From an uncultured Lachnospiraceae bacterium (GTDB taxonomy: Bacteria; Bacillota; Clostridia; Lachnospirales; Lachnospiraceae), in NCBI GenBank assembly GCA_910579395.1, contig CAJTUC010000019.1, positions 3,535-67,534 of the forward strand: 64,000 nucleotides of DNA. The letters are read 5' to 3'. Positions 53,701 to 63,153 of the stretch are shown in pieces. The translations under genes and the position numbers were made by a program. How positions within the stretch are numbered: the stretch's first letter is position 1; every line of letters starts with the position of its first letter. Under the pieces are notes generated by a model, which did no database searches, was not told the origin of the DNA, and saw only the letters and a program-made list of their open reading frames with translations.

Positions 53701-54389
53701 ATAAGATCCTGATATTCATCCGTATAGACATCATACTTCTGCTTCGTCGTCACATAAATTTCTGTCAGATAGTCACAATCGAAAGCCTCTTTCGGCACAT
53801 AAAGAAAAGCAGAGATGCGGCCCGTACCGATGGAAGTCGTTCCACGTTCAAAATTGATATAAGAAGGAGAACGCACAATACCCACCGCCGTGAAAGTACG
53901 GCTTCCGAACATTTCCAGCGTATCCTCATCATTGCTGTCCGTCACCGTAATCCGGGCACCGAGCATTTCTTCCCCGTAAAAAGCGGCATCCAGCAGGCAT
54001 TCATCCGCTTTTTCCGGCATCCTTCCGGCAGTCACTACGATCCTGTTGATCGTCTCCGGCACCGCATGGATTTTATAGACCGACTCGTTCCCTTCCTCAA
54101 AAGCACAGATTGCATCTACCGAAATCGTTCCCTCCACATCGGCAATCTCATCCAGCGCTGCCAGTTCCTCTACATTTTCTTCTACAAATCCGACAGTCGA
54201 TAACAGCCTGAAATCAAAAAAATTCTGCTCCGCCAGATAAGTATTTTCTGTCTCGATCATCGCCGGTGTCGTTGCCTTTAATCCTGCAAATAATCCGACG
54301 CCCAGCATCACGATCGACAAAATTGCCATATACCGCCCGAAGCTTTTTTTAATTTCCCTGACTGTCGTCTTAATCATTCCGCTGCTCAT
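50751..54389 (-). CDS. FtsX/MacB-type ABC transporter permease (two FtsX modules) with a roughly 420-aa coiled-coil insert
   Basis: N-terminal TM, large extracytoplasmic region and two 4-TM FtsX-like blocks. The central heptad repeats span aa 245-665. Confidence 0.85.
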   Translation of the reverse strand: MSSGMIKTTVREIKKSFGRYMAILSIVMLGVGLFAGLKATTPAMIETENTYLAEQNFFDFRLLSTVGFVEENVEELAALDEIADVEGTISVDAICAFEEGNESVYKIHAVPETINRIVVTAGRMPEKADECLLDAAFYGEEMLGARITVTDSNDEDTLEMFGSRTFTAVGIVRSPSYINFERGTTSIGTGRISAFLYVPKEAFDCDYLTEIYVTTKQKYDVYTDEYQDLIDSLQDGMEEKTEALAQQRYEKLIAEAQEKIDDAQTELDDKKAEAEEELNDALQKIEDGEQELLDGEQEIADGEQKITDGTKEIADHEQEILDGEQEILDGEQEIQDKELEIQDAETELALHEWEIFENEIKLANGKDELAQAKEMLQEKETLLLEQEAAVLAQEAELAGQETELSTQLDALSTQESGLSAQKDTLSAQDAELAGQEAELNAQKEALKGYLEAGGISQEDYDAQMSQLEAGLGQIQAGRAELQAGIGQIDAGLGEIQAGKAQLQEGIAQIQAGLVQIDAGKAAFQEGKEQISIAKDEIAYQEKVLLEAEEELTAAKTEITNARTELEDGKVQLADAKTELEEGKVELENGKAELAQAKTDLSDAQTELEEGRADLEDGKLELADARTEYEDAKAEFEVEVADAQQKIDDAREELADIEAPDSYVLTRNTNIGYACYESDSNIVAAIANVFPIFFFLVAALICMTTMNRMVEEQRTQIGILKALGYGNAAIMGKFLFYAGSAAALGAVVGFAGGTWLFPRVIWIGYGIMYSMGEIEYYFDVWVAVLSLAAALLCSMGAAYFSCRYELYSVPANLIRPKAPKSGKRIFLEKVSFIWGRMKFLHKVSVRNLFRYKKRFFMMILGISGCTALLVTGYGVKDSVTNIADMQYDEIQIFDIGITFSESVQGADIGAMAEQLDGKLEQTACHYEESVDLDFSGRTKSVNLMIPENVEEISTFLNLHTQSGEPIPYPAAGGAVLTAKMAENMGIKVGDKVTLRDSDMNTLTVTVSALCENFVYNYIYMNKETYAEQLGMEPEYKSAYAVVSEGVDIHEAAAEISDRDNVLAVSVTQDMRDRIGSMMESMNYIVALIIICAGSLAFIVLYNLTNINITERIREIATIKVLGFYAKETADYVFRENLVLTGMGAIVGLGLGKWLHWFVMYNINIDMVSFKTLIEPVSYLWSFVLTFVFAVFVNGLMFFKLEKINMAESLKSIE

Positions 54390-54417
54390 TCATTCGACTC
54401 CCTGCGAAAAAAACATC

Positions 54418-55122
54418 CTACCATTCAATCTCTTCCACCGGTACAATGTGCTCATTTATCTCCATTTTGTCCACCGTTCCGTTCTTCACCGTGATAATTC
54501 TGTCCGCCATTGCCGTCAACGCCTGATTATGCGTGATAACTACAACCGTCATGCCTTCCTTTCTGCACGCATCCTGCAGCAGCTTCAAGACTGCCTTACC
54601 TGTATTATAATCCAGCGCCCCCGTTGGCTCATCGCATAGCAAAAGCTTTGGATTCTTGGCAAGCGCCCTGGCAATTGCCACTCTCTGCTGCTCTCCGCCG
54701 GATAACTGCGCCGGAAAGTTTCCTGCCCGGTCTTTCAGACCGACCATTTCCAGAACAGACATTGCATCCAGCGGCTCCTTACAAATTTGTGCTGCCAGTT
54801 CAACATTTTCAAGCGCTGTCAAATTCGGCACCAGATTATAGAACTGAAACACAAAACCAATATCATATCTTCTATACGATGTCAGTTTCTTTTTATTATA
54901 GGCCGAAATCTCTTCCCCATCCAATATGGCCTGTCCTGAAGAAAGGCTGTCCATTCCGCCCAAAATATTCAAAATCGTCGTCTTACCTGCCCCAGAGGCT
55001 CCGACCACGACACAAAATTCTCCTTTTTCAATCGCAAAATTTACATTTCTTAACGCCTCAATATCCACTTCCCCCATGTGGTATGTCTTACCGACATTCC
55101 GAAATTCCACAAATGAGCCCAT
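54418..55122 (-). CDS. ABC transporter ATP-binding protein (MacB/LolD type)
   Basis: [36 protein letters not shown]. Confidence 0.9.
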   Translation of the reverse strand: MGSFVEFRNVGKTYHMGEVDIEALRNVNFAIEKGEFCVVVGASGAGKTTILNILGGMDSLSSGQAILDGEEISAYNKKKLTSYRRYDIGFVFQFYNLVPNLTALENVELAAQICKEPLDAMSVLEMVGLKDRAGNFPAQLSGGEQQRVAIARALAKNPKLLLCDEPTGALDYNTGKAVLKLLQDACRKEGMTVVVITHNQALTAMADRIITVKNGTVDKMEINEHIVPVEEIEW

Positions 55123-55210
55123 GCCGTATCCTCTCCTGTTTTCTCACGCAAACTGCCGTGATTCCGCTTCACGGAATCTCAAAATCTCATGACAAGCAAA
55201 AGCTTGTCAT

Positions 55211-55325
55211 GGAAGAATGCCTGCACCTCAAGGCATTCTTTCGGGCGAGAAAGGCTCGCGCTGCGAGCCGTAGAGCTTCTTAGCGAAATGCCCATTGGCA
55301 TGAACTTTAGAAGCTCTTCTCGCCC
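55211..55325. repeat. structured intergenic repeat, copy 4 (most divergent; overlaps the 3' end of a CDS)
   Basis: P0 GAAGAATGCCT/AGGCATTCTT. P1 GGGCGAGAA/TTCTCGCCC. P2 GGCTCGC/GCGAGCC. P3 AGAGCTTCT/AGAAGCTCT. P4 ATGCC-CATT-GGCAT. Confidence 0.85.
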
Positions 55326-55792
55326 TCTTCTATCATACTGTCCAGATAACCTCTGTCCCAGAGCAGGATCTTCAATCTTTTCGCCGCATCCACCGCCGAT
55401 GCCGTAAAATACTGGTTCGTCATGACCGCGCCCACCATTCTGTCATAATAGTCTCTGCCCGCATAAACCTGCTGAACCGCCTCCACACCGACAGGAGCCG
55501 AATATCTTTTACACTGAATGGCATAAGTAACGCCTTCTTTCTCTGCCAGAATATCGACTCCGTAATCACCGCTTCCGCGTGTTACCTCTACGTCAACAAA
55601 GCCTCTTTTTTCCAGAAGCTCCGCACAGAAATATTCAAAATCATGCCCTTCCATTTCGTCAATTGCGCCCGCCCGGCGGCTTCTTCTGTACTGCCTGACA
55701 AGAAGCCTGACCAGAAATATGAATCCCATGCAGAGGCATATTCCCAAAACAACCGCTATGAGCAGCCATGTATCCTGTATCTTATCGTTCAT
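55307..55792 (-). CDS. membrane-anchored restriction endonuclease-like (Mrr_cat) domain protein
   Basis: N-terminal TM (LLIAVVLGICLCMGFIFLV). Nuclease core GHDFEYFCAELL..GSGDYGVDILAEKEGVTYAIQCKRY. Confidence 0.75.
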   Translation of the reverse strand: MNDKIQDTWLLIAVVLGICLCMGFIFLVRLLVRQYRRSRRAGAIDEMEGHDFEYFCAELLEKRGFVDVEVTRGSGDYGVDILAEKEGVTYAIQCKRYSAPVGVEAVQQVYAGRDYYDRMVGAVMTNQYFTASAVDAAKRLKILLWDRGYLDSMIEEGEKSF

Positions 55793-55953
55793 TTTGCTTT
55801 CTCTTGCGCTCTCTATTCTTTTTTGTCACGCGAATCGAGTCGTATCAGGTACCCTTTAGATTCCAAAAGTATTTTAACATATGTACTTTGAGACCAAAAT
55901 AGTTTGATTCTAAAAAAAATATAAAATATGCCGCTCCACAAAGCGCTAAACCA

Positions 55954-56481
55954 CTACATCATTCCCGCCAGCACAATGCTGGCTATAACTCCTGTTATTG
56001 TTGAAAGAATCGCGCCTGTCAGCGTATAACGTGTTTTTGTCACTTTTGCCGCCATATAATAAACGGACATTGTATAAAAAACCGTTTCCGTACAACTCAT
56101 CATAATGGAAGTCGTCATACCGATCAGGGAATCCGGGCCGTGGTTCTTAAAAATATCCAGAACGAGCCCTGTTGCAGCGGAAGAAGAAAACATTTTGACC
56201 AAAATCAGTGGAATCAGTTCCGAAGAAAATCCGAACTGCCGCGTGATGCCCGCGAACAGACTGCCGATAAAATCCAGAAAACCGGATGCACGCAGTACGC
56301 CTACCGCCACCATAAGCCCGATCAATGTCGGCATGATCTGTATGACCGTATGGAATCCGTCTTTTGCTCCTTTGATAAATTCCTCATACACGTTCGTTCT
56401 GACCGTAATGCCATATGCCACGATATAGAATATAATAACAGGTATTATTATATTGGAAAAATGCGCAAAAACCTGTGTCAT
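55954..56481 (-). CDS. spmB: spore maturation protein B-like nucleoside-recognition membrane protein
   Basis: Colinear similarity to B. subtilis SpmB (..VYEEFIKGAKDG.., RASGFLDF, GPDSLIG). Start at the ATG at 56481 with a weak RBS. Confidence 0.7.
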   Translation of the reverse strand: MTQVFAHFSNIIIPVIIFYIVAYGITVRTNVYEEFIKGAKDGFHTVIQIMPTLIGLMVAVGVLRASGFLDFIGSLFAGITRQFGFSSELIPLILVKMFSSSAATGLVLDIFKNHGPDSLIGMTTSIMMSCTETVFYTMSVYYMAAKVTKTRYTLTGAILSTITGVIASIVLAGMM

Positions 56482-56533
56482 AGAAAAGCCTGCATAAATC
56501 TTATTTCTAAAATTTATGCAGGCAGTTTTCTTT

Positions 56534-57412
56534 TTATGTGTTTCTTTCAAGCTCCATCATGCCGAGCTTCAGCGCTCCCATAATGCCCTGTTTATCATCC
56601 AGACTCTGGGGAACAATGAATGTATCCAGATCTTCCAGTTCTTTTGTTTTCAGGTAGCCATTCAAAAGCTGTCTGAAGCGGCTGCGGATCATCGGAAAAA
56701 GCTGCAGCTGGTGCATAACGCCGCCTCCCAGAATAATCCGTTCGGGAGACAGGATACAGGTAAGATTAACAAGCGCCTGTGCAATATACTCCGCTTCCAG
56801 TTCCCAGACCTTCTGCTCTCCCGCTAACTCAACCGCTTTTTTCCCCCATCTTCCCTCGATGGCGGGCCCGGCTGCCAGTCCCTCCAGACAGTTTTCATGA
56901 AAGGGACAAAAACCCTGGTAAGTATCTTCCCGGCTTCTGCTTAACAGCATATGTCCGCCTTCCGGATGCAGCATACCATGTACGAGCCGTCCTTCCGATA
57001 TGATGCCGATACCGACGCCGGTGCCGACTGTCATATAAACGCAGCTGTTTAATCCCCGTGCAATTCCCCATGTATATTCTCCCAGCGCAGAACCATTTAC
57101 ATCCGTATCGAAGCCCACCGGTACATCGAGCGCCTCTTTAAAAGCACCTGCTATATTATAATTCTGCCATGCCAGCTTAGGGGTAGTCGTAATATAACCG
57201 TATGTATCGGACTTTCGATTGACATCAATCGGCCCGAAGCATCCAATCCCCAATGCCTCGATTTCCTTCTCTTCATAAAAGGAAAGCAATTTCGGTATAG
57301 TAATTTCCGGTGTTTCCGTCGGAATGGAAATCTGCTCCAATATATTGCCTTTTTCATCGCCAATGGCGCATACCATTTTCGTGCCACCGGCTTCCAATGC
57401 TCCCAGTTTCAT
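56534..57412 (-). CDS. ROK-family sugar kinase (fructokinase/glucokinase-like)
   Basis: N-terminal LEAGGTKMVCAI. ROK zinc motif region GFCPFHENCLEG. GGAGG lies 6 nt before the ATG at 57412. Confidence 0.85.
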   Translation of the reverse strand: MKLGALEAGGTKMVCAIGDEKGNILEQISIPTETPEITIPKLLSFYEEKEIEALGIGCFGPIDVNRKSDTYGYITTTPKLAWQNYNIAGAFKEALDVPVGFDTDVNGSALGEYTWGIARGLNSCVYMTVGTGVGIGIISEGRLVHGMLHPEGGHMLLSRSREDTYQGFCPFHENCLEGLAAGPAIEGRWGKKAVELAGEQKVWELEAEYIAQALVNLTCILSPERIILGGGVMHQLQLFPMIRSRFRQLLNGYLKTKELEDLDTFIVPQSLDDKQGIMGALKLGMMELERNT

Positions 57413-57457
57413 ATGCCCCTCCATCTCAGCCCGCAAATTCAGACTGACAGAAACTTC

Positions 57458-58657
57458 TTATTTTTTAACAATCGCAAATGTCTCTCTTGCAATAGCAAGT
57501 TCTTCATTCGTCGGAATAACAAGCACCTTTGTTGTGGAATCCGGTGTCGTAATGACTAAATCTTCTCCACGCTTCGCATTCTGTTCTTCATCCAGCGTAA
57601 TGCCGAGATAACCGAGTCTGCTGCAGACCATATCTCTCATGAAAGAACTGTTTTCGCCGAGTCCTGCTGTAAAGCAGATTGCATCCACACCGTTCATCGC
57701 CGCCGTATAGGCACCGATATATTTGGTCACACGGTATGCAAATGTTTCCATCGTACGGATGCCCGCATCCTCACCTTTCTCATAAGACGCCTGTAAATCT
57801 CTGAAATCAGAAGACAGATTCGAGGACAGTCCGAGCACGCCGGATTTTTTATTCAAAACGGTCATGATTTCGTCGATGGACTTTCCTTCTTTATGCGCGA
57901 TAAATTCTATGATCGCAGGGTCGATATCGCCGGAACGGGTTCCCATGATCAGGCCCTCCAACGGTGTCAGTCCCATAGATGTATCAACACATTTGCCGTT
58001 CTTTACCGCCGATACGCTGGCGCCGTTTCCAAGATGGCATACAATAAGCTTTAAGTCTTCATACTTTTTGCCCAGTACTTCCGCTGCCCTCTTGGATACA
58101 TAAGAATGGCTCGTCCCGTGGAAACCATATCTTCTTACTTTATATTTCTCATAATATTCATACGGAAGACCGTATAAATAAGCCTCCTGCGGCATTGTCT
58201 GATGGAAGGCCGTATCAAATACCCCTACCATCGGCGTTTCCGGCATCAGCTCCTTACAAGCCGCGATACCGATCAGATTAGCAGGATTATGCAGCGGTGC
58301 CAGTTCGTTACAGTCTGTGATAGCCTGTACCACTTCATCCGTGATCAGCGTAGAAGATGCAAATTTCTCACCACCATGCACAATACGATGGCCGACTGCA
58401 CCAATTTCGGACAAATCCTTTACGACGCCGGATGTTTCATCCGTCAGCGATTTTAAAACAAGGCGGATTGCCTGTGTATGATCTTCCATGGGCGTAACGG
58501 TCGTTATTTTATCTTTCCCGGTAGGCTGATAAACAAGCTGGCTGCCTTCAATACCGATACGTTCACACAATCCTTTTGCAATCAATTCTTCTGTCACTGC
58601 ATCAATCAGCTGGAATTTCAAAGAAGAGCTGCCGCAGTTAATAACTAATATATTCAT
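57458..58657 (-). CDS. ackA: acetate kinase
   Basis: MNILVINCGSSSLKFQL and VGHRIVHGG motifs. Start at the ATG at 58657. Confidence 0.95.
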   Translation of the reverse strand: MNILVINCGSSSLKFQLIDAVTEELIAKGLCERIGIEGSQLVYQPTGKDKITTVTPMEDHTQAIRLVLKSLTDETSGVVKDLSEIGAVGHRIVHGGEKFASSTLITDEVVQAITDCNELAPLHNPANLIGIAACKELMPETPMVGVFDTAFHQTMPQEAYLYGLPYEYYEKYKVRRYGFHGTSHSYVSKRAAEVLGKKYEDLKLIVCHLGNGASVSAVKNGKCVDTSMGLTPLEGLIMGTRSGDIDPAIIEFIAHKEGKSIDEIMTVLNKKSGVLGLSSNLSSDFRDLQASYEKGEDAGIRTMETFAYRVTKYIGAYTAAMNGVDAICFTAGLGENSSFMRDMVCSRLGYLGITLDEEQNAKRGEDLVITTPDSTTKVLVIPTNEELAIARETFAIVKK

Positions 58658-58742
58658 TGTTAAAATCCATTCCTTTCTCTCATCCTGCAAGCTTTGAGCC
58701 GCAACGCAAAGCTGCAATTGAAAAAAATATTTTCTCTTTATA

Positions 58743-59744
58743 TTAACCGAGCTGTGCCTGTACTGCCGTGATTGCCACAACGCCAACGATATCTTCCCAG
58801 GAACAACCGCGGGACAGATCGTTTACCGGTTTCGCAATACCCTGAAGCATCGGTCCATATGCTTCCGCCTTTGCAAGCCGCTGTACCAGTTTATAGCCGA
58901 TGTTACCACAATCCAGATTCGGGAAAATGAGAACATTCGCTTTACCTGCCACTTCGCTGCCCGGTGATTTGGATTTCGCAATATGAGGAACCAATGCGGC
59001 ATCTGCCTGCAGTTCGCCGTCAATACACAGGTGCGGATACATCTCGTGCGCAAGTCTGGTCGCTTCGACAACCTTATCTACCAACGGATGTTTTGCGCTT
59101 CCCTTCGTCGAATGGGATAACATGGCAATGATCGGTTTCGCGCCGACAAGGCTCTTGAAACTCTTTGCAGAAGACTCCGCAATCGAAGCCAGTTCTTCCG
59201 CTGTCGGGTCCTGATTCAGGCCGCAGTCTGCAAAAAGAAAAGTGCCTCCCTCTCCGAACTCACAATCCGGTACATCCATGATAAAGAAACCGGATACCAG
59301 TTTAACACCGGGCGCTGTTTTCAGAATCTGCAGCGCCGGTCTCAATGTATCCGCCGTTGCATGATTCGCTCCGGCTACCATACCGTCCGCATCATTTGCT
59401 TTTACCATCATAACACCGAAAGTCAGATAATCTTTTAAAAGCGTCTCTCTCGCTTTCTCCGGTGTCATGCCTTTATTTTTTCTTGTCTCATAGAGCAGTT
59501 CGACATATCCATCCAGTTTGTCCGTCTTTTCAGGATCGACGATGGTAACGCCGTCCAGTTCTACTTCCAGCCAGCTTGCACCGTCCAGGATTTTCTCTTC
59601 ATTACCGATCATAATGATGTCGGCAATACCGTCTTTGATAATATGGGACGCCGCAATCAGCGTTCTTTTATCGGTGGTTTCCGGCAAAACAATTGTTTTT
59701 TTATCGCTTTTTGCCTTTTCTTTCATGATATCAATATATGCCAT
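58743..59744 (-). CDS. pta: phosphate acetyltransferase
   Basis: Roughly 333-aa PTA_PTB family with the C-terminal DLSRG motif. Adjacent to ackA. Confidence 0.9.
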   Translation of the reverse strand: MAYIDIMKEKAKSDKKTIVLPETTDKRTLIAASHIIKDGIADIIMIGNEEKILDGASWLEVELDGVTIVDPEKTDKLDGYVELLYETRKNKGMTPEKARETLLKDYLTFGVMMVKANDADGMVAGANHATADTLRPALQILKTAPGVKLVSGFFIMDVPDCEFGEGGTFLFADCGLNQDPTAEELASIAESSAKSFKSLVGAKPIIAMLSHSTKGSAKHPLVDKVVEATRLAHEMYPHLCIDGELQADAALVPHIAKSKSPGSEVAGKANVLIFPNLDCGNIGYKLVQRLAKAEAYGPMLQGIAKPVNDLSRGCSWEDIVGVVAITAVQAQLG

Positions 59745-59765
59745 AACAGTTGTTCTCCTTTTCCT

Positions 59766-60098
59766 TTATTTGGGTCTTACCGTAAGATTTTTGATCAGTC
59801 CGCTCTCGTCCACTTCACGCACGGTAGCAATTGCCATAACGTTATAACCGCCGAAATTCGCGATAAATTCGGCCTGTGTATCGTTTACAACTTCCGCTTC
59901 CGCAATCGAATACTGGCGAAAACCAAATTTGTTCCGGAAGAACATATTAATCGCTTCCTGCCCATAAATATGATATTCCTTCTGGGATGAAGTATTGGTA
60001 CAATAATCACAGATTCTGCCATCTCTCGTAAAAAGCTCGGCAAGCCCTGCAAAGTCTTTATTTTCCATAGCCTGGACATATTTCTCAATAGGTTTCAT
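59766..60098 (-). CDS. NTF2/SnoaL-like small protein
   Basis: 110 aa. The N-terminal ..AMENKDFAGLAELFTRDG.. pattern is typical of SnoaL-like folds. Confidence 0.55.
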   Translation of the reverse strand: MKPIEKYVQAMENKDFAGLAELFTRDGRICDYCTNTSSQKEYHIYGQEAINMFFRNKFGFRQYSIAEAEVVNDTQAEFIANFGGYNVMAIATVREVDESGLIKNLTVRPK

Positions 60099-60131
60099 AT
60101 TAATACCATACCTTTCTCTTAATCTACAAAC

Positions 60132-60920
60132 TTAATATACTTTTTCGGAATTGAGCAATGCGTCGGTACCGCCGTCCACGAACATGACATTACCGTTTAC
60201 GCCCCTCGCCGCATCGGATGCAAGGAATACCATAACTTCTGCAATTTCATCCGCATCCATCAGACATTCCTGACCATATTTGGTCGGAATGGGAAGGGCA
60301 TTCAATGCCATTTTGGCAGAAGTGCTCATGGTAGCCGTCATTGTGGTATTAACATTGCCGGGCGCCACCGCGTTGATCCGCACACCGTTAGCTGCCCAGG
60401 AAGCTGAAACCCGCCTTACCCATCTTGCCAGAGCATATTTTGTTGAAACATAGAGACTGTTACCCACACTGAGATTGGAACTGTCCATCTGGGATACCAG
60501 ACTGAGAACTCTCTTTTCGTCCCCGATATTATTCAGCAGGTCTGCAATATCCATACGGCCTGCTCCCTGTGAGATTGTGTTAGAAGCGGTCACAACACAG
60601 CTTCCCTTCTTCTTACACAGTAAATCATAAACCCCCCGCGCGAGTGCAACCGTGCCAAAATAATTCAGCGAAATTATCAGCGGAAGATTTCCGCAGGCTC
60701 CGGATACGCCGGCATTACAGATGATACCGTCAAGTCCCTCCGGGTGCATCTTGTGAAGAGTATCAACAGCTTCCTGCCGTCCCTCTTCGGATGCCAGATT
60801 CACGCAGATATCCCCGTCTTTCAAGTCAATATTGATGACTTCATGCCCGCGCTGTAATAATAGTTCCTTCGTCTTGGCGCCTATTCCGCTGGAAGCGCCA
60901 GAGATTGCATATACACCCAT
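60132..60920 (-). CDS. SDR-family oxidoreductase
   Basis: N-terminal ISGASSGIG nucleotide-binding motif and catalytic YVSTK. Confidence 0.85.
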   Translation of the reverse strand: MGVYAISGASSGIGAKTKELLLQRGHEVINIDLKDGDICVNLASEEGRQEAVDTLHKMHPEGLDGIICNAGVSGACGNLPLIISLNYFGTVALARGVYDLLCKKKGSCVVTASNTISQGAGRMDIADLLNNIGDEKRVLSLVSQMDSSNLSVGNSLYVSTKYALARWVRRVSASWAANGVRINAVAPGNVNTTMTATMSTSAKMALNALPIPTKYGQECLMDADEIAEVMVFLASDAARGVNGNVMFVDGGTDALLNSEKVY

Positions 60921-61010
60921 TTTTGTTCCTCCATTTCGTTTTTGCTATACTTTTATTATAATAAAGTCCCCATTTATTTACAAGTGTGAAGAACGAACCC
61001 TCTTCATACT

Positions 61011-61037
61011 AAAGAATGCCCAAAACAGGCATTCTTC
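61011..61037. repeat. solo AAGAATGCC-loop-GGCATTCTT hairpin (P0-type)
   Basis: Inverted repeat 14 nt downstream of the GH105 gene stop, with no T-run. A second small hairpin (TGAAGA..TCTTCA) lies next to it. Confidence 0.8.
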
Positions 61038-61050
61038 AACTATGTACGAA

Positions 61051-62187
61051 CTACTGTAGACGAAGCATTTCCGTATAAGCGAGCAGGAACGGGCCTACCC
61101 CCTTTGCATCATCTTTTACGACAGGCTCTGACATATAGTAATCGAACGTTCCTGAACGCATACCGCTTCCCCCAAGCCCCGCTACGAGGCAGATTCCGCC
61201 AAGATGCAGATTCCCTTCATCGTCCGTAGAAAGATATCTGTCGCAGATTCCCTGAAACGCTTTCTTTCCGTTCTCCCGATAGCTTTCCGGTAAAAAGCCG
61301 AGGCGCACACCCTTTAACAGCGCATAGGCCATGATCGCACTTCCGCTTGTTTCCAGATAGTTCTTTTCCATACCGCCTACATTGACGACCTGGTACCACA
61401 TACCGCTTTCATCCTGATACCGCAGCATCGCATCCATCAGCTCGACAAAAGCTTTCTTCATATTCTCATAAGCCTCTTTGTATGTATCATCGGAAGAAAC
61501 ATCTGCTTTGTCCAAAGTATCGAGCAGTGCCATAGAATACCAGCCGAGCGCGCGCAGCCAGAAATTCTGGCTGAGTCCTGTCACTTTATCGCACCAGAAC
61601 ATCTCTCTCGAAGAATCATAGGCATGATAATACAGACCCGTCTCGCTATCCCGCATGTTTTTTATGACCTGAGCAAACTGGTTGAAAATATCGGCATAAT
61701 TCTTACGGTCATTAAAACGCGTCTCATATTCCATATAAAAGGGCTGGCACATATACAGGCCATCCAGCCATACCTGGTTCGGATAAATATTCTTATGCCA
61801 GAAATTCCCTTCTTTTGTCCTTGGCATATTCTCTATCTGGCTGTAAACGAGGTCAATGGCCTTGCGGTATTTTTCTTTACCGGTCAGATCATACAATTCG
61901 AACAGCGTCTTTCCCGCATTTATATTATCGATATTCAGCTCATTGATATCATAGCCGTCAATCGTTCCATCTTCTCTGACCTTATAATCGATGAACGCAT
62001 CCGCAAATTTGAAATATTTTTCGTCTTTGGTAATTGCATACATCTCTAAGATTGCCTTGATCATGCAGCCGTCGATATAATTCCATTTCGATTTGACGCC
62101 CTGCAATATTTTTTCAATATTCCATATCGGGCGGTCCGGCGTACTCTTTTCCATCAATTCATCGATATACTTTTCAATCCTGTCCAT
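61051..62187 (-). CDS. GH105/GH88-family unsaturated (rhamno)galacturonyl hydrolase (YteR-like)
   Basis: WNYIDGCM.. and VWLDGLYMCQPFYMEYE motifs. Start at the ATG at 62187. Confidence 0.8.
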   Translation of the reverse strand: MDRIEKYIDELMEKSTPDRPIWNIEKILQGVKSKWNYIDGCMIKAILEMYAITKDEKYFKFADAFIDYKVREDGTIDGYDINELNIDNINAGKTLFELYDLTGKEKYRKAIDLVYSQIENMPRTKEGNFWHKNIYPNQVWLDGLYMCQPFYMEYETRFNDRKNYADIFNQFAQVIKNMRDSETGLYYHAYDSSREMFWCDKVTGLSQNFWLRALGWYSMALLDTLDKADVSSDDTYKEAYENMKKAFVELMDAMLRYQDESGMWYQVVNVGGMEKNYLETSGSAIMAYALLKGVRLGFLPESYRENGKKAFQGICDRYLSTDDEGNLHLGGICLVAGLGGSGMRSGTFDYYMSEPVVKDDAKGVGPFLLAYTEMLRLQ

Positions 62188-62207
62188 TGTGTGACCCTTC
62201 CTTTCTC

Positions 62208-63131
62208 TCAACCTGCGAACTTTGGACCACAGATTTCTTTTTTTGTCTGCAGATATTGTCCGTATGCCATAATAGCGGCGCATATCTCTTCCGTACTCTC
62301 AGACGGCTTTATCTCCGCCATCAGTTTTTCCACGATTTCCATGCCTGTACCGACGTATTTTTCCTTTAAGATAATGCCCATCCGGCACGCCTTGAGGATA
62401 CAATAGCCGATGACCGCACTCCCGAATATGTCGATGCCGTTCTCCGTTCCGCCGTCCACGTTCTTCTGCATAAGCCCGCTCTCCGCATCCCGCTTCCCCA
62501 GGACCACCTTCAGCATCTCCTTGAACATATCCTGCAGCTTTCTGTACTGCTCATAAATCTGAATGCTCATATTATCCATCGTGTCCGCTAAGGCCGCCAA
62601 GTACTGCACTGTACTCCTAATCGAGCGATCTCCCCCGCCGCACATTATTTTCTGCGCATTCTCAAACTGTCCGATTATATCATTGTATTTCTCTTTTTTG
62701 CCATATACGGTCTCGTATTCCATATAGAACGGCTGAATCCTGTACAGCGCATCCAGAATCTCTTCCGGCTGCTCTCCGCGATATACGAAATTGCCGCATT
62801 CGCATCGCGGATAATCACACAGACGATTCATGACCGACTCAAACGCTTTACGATATTTCTCTTCCTTCGTTGTACGATACAGAAAGAAGAAAATTCTACC
62901 CGCATGCACCCAGTCTGCAGAGAAAGCCTCCTGTGAATCGCCCCTGATGCCGCCTTCTTCTGACAAAAAAGTATCCGCGTAATTCTTTATAAAAGAAAAA
63001 TACGCTTCATCTCCACTCACTTCGTGCAGCTGTCTTGCCGCAAGAAGTGCGCACCCGTCCTCGTAATCCCCATATTCATTACGATACCGGTAATTCTTAA
63101 AATACTCGTTCATATAGTTTCCTGCTTCCAT
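62208..63131 (-). CDS. shorter GH105/GH88-like paralogue
   Basis: ILDALYRIQPFYMEYE motif. GGAGG lies 6 nt before the ATG at 63131. About 307 aa. Confidence 0.65.
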   Translation of the reverse strand: MEAGNYMNEYFKNYRYRNEYGDYEDGCALLAARQLHEVSGDEAYFSFIKNYADTFLSEEGGIRGDSQEAFSADWVHAGRIFFFLYRTTKEEKYRKAFESVMNRLCDYPRCECGNFVYRGEQPEEILDALYRIQPFYMEYETVYGKKEKYNDIIGQFENAQKIMCGGGDRSIRSTVQYLAALADTMDNMSIQIYEQYRKLQDMFKEMLKVVLGKRDAESGLMQKNVDGGTENGIDIFGSAVIGYCILKACRMGIILKEKYVGTGMEIVEKLMAEIKPSESTEEICAAIMAYGQYLQTKKEICGPKFAG

Positions 63132-63153
63132 TCCAACCTCCGTTTTCTTTTTT

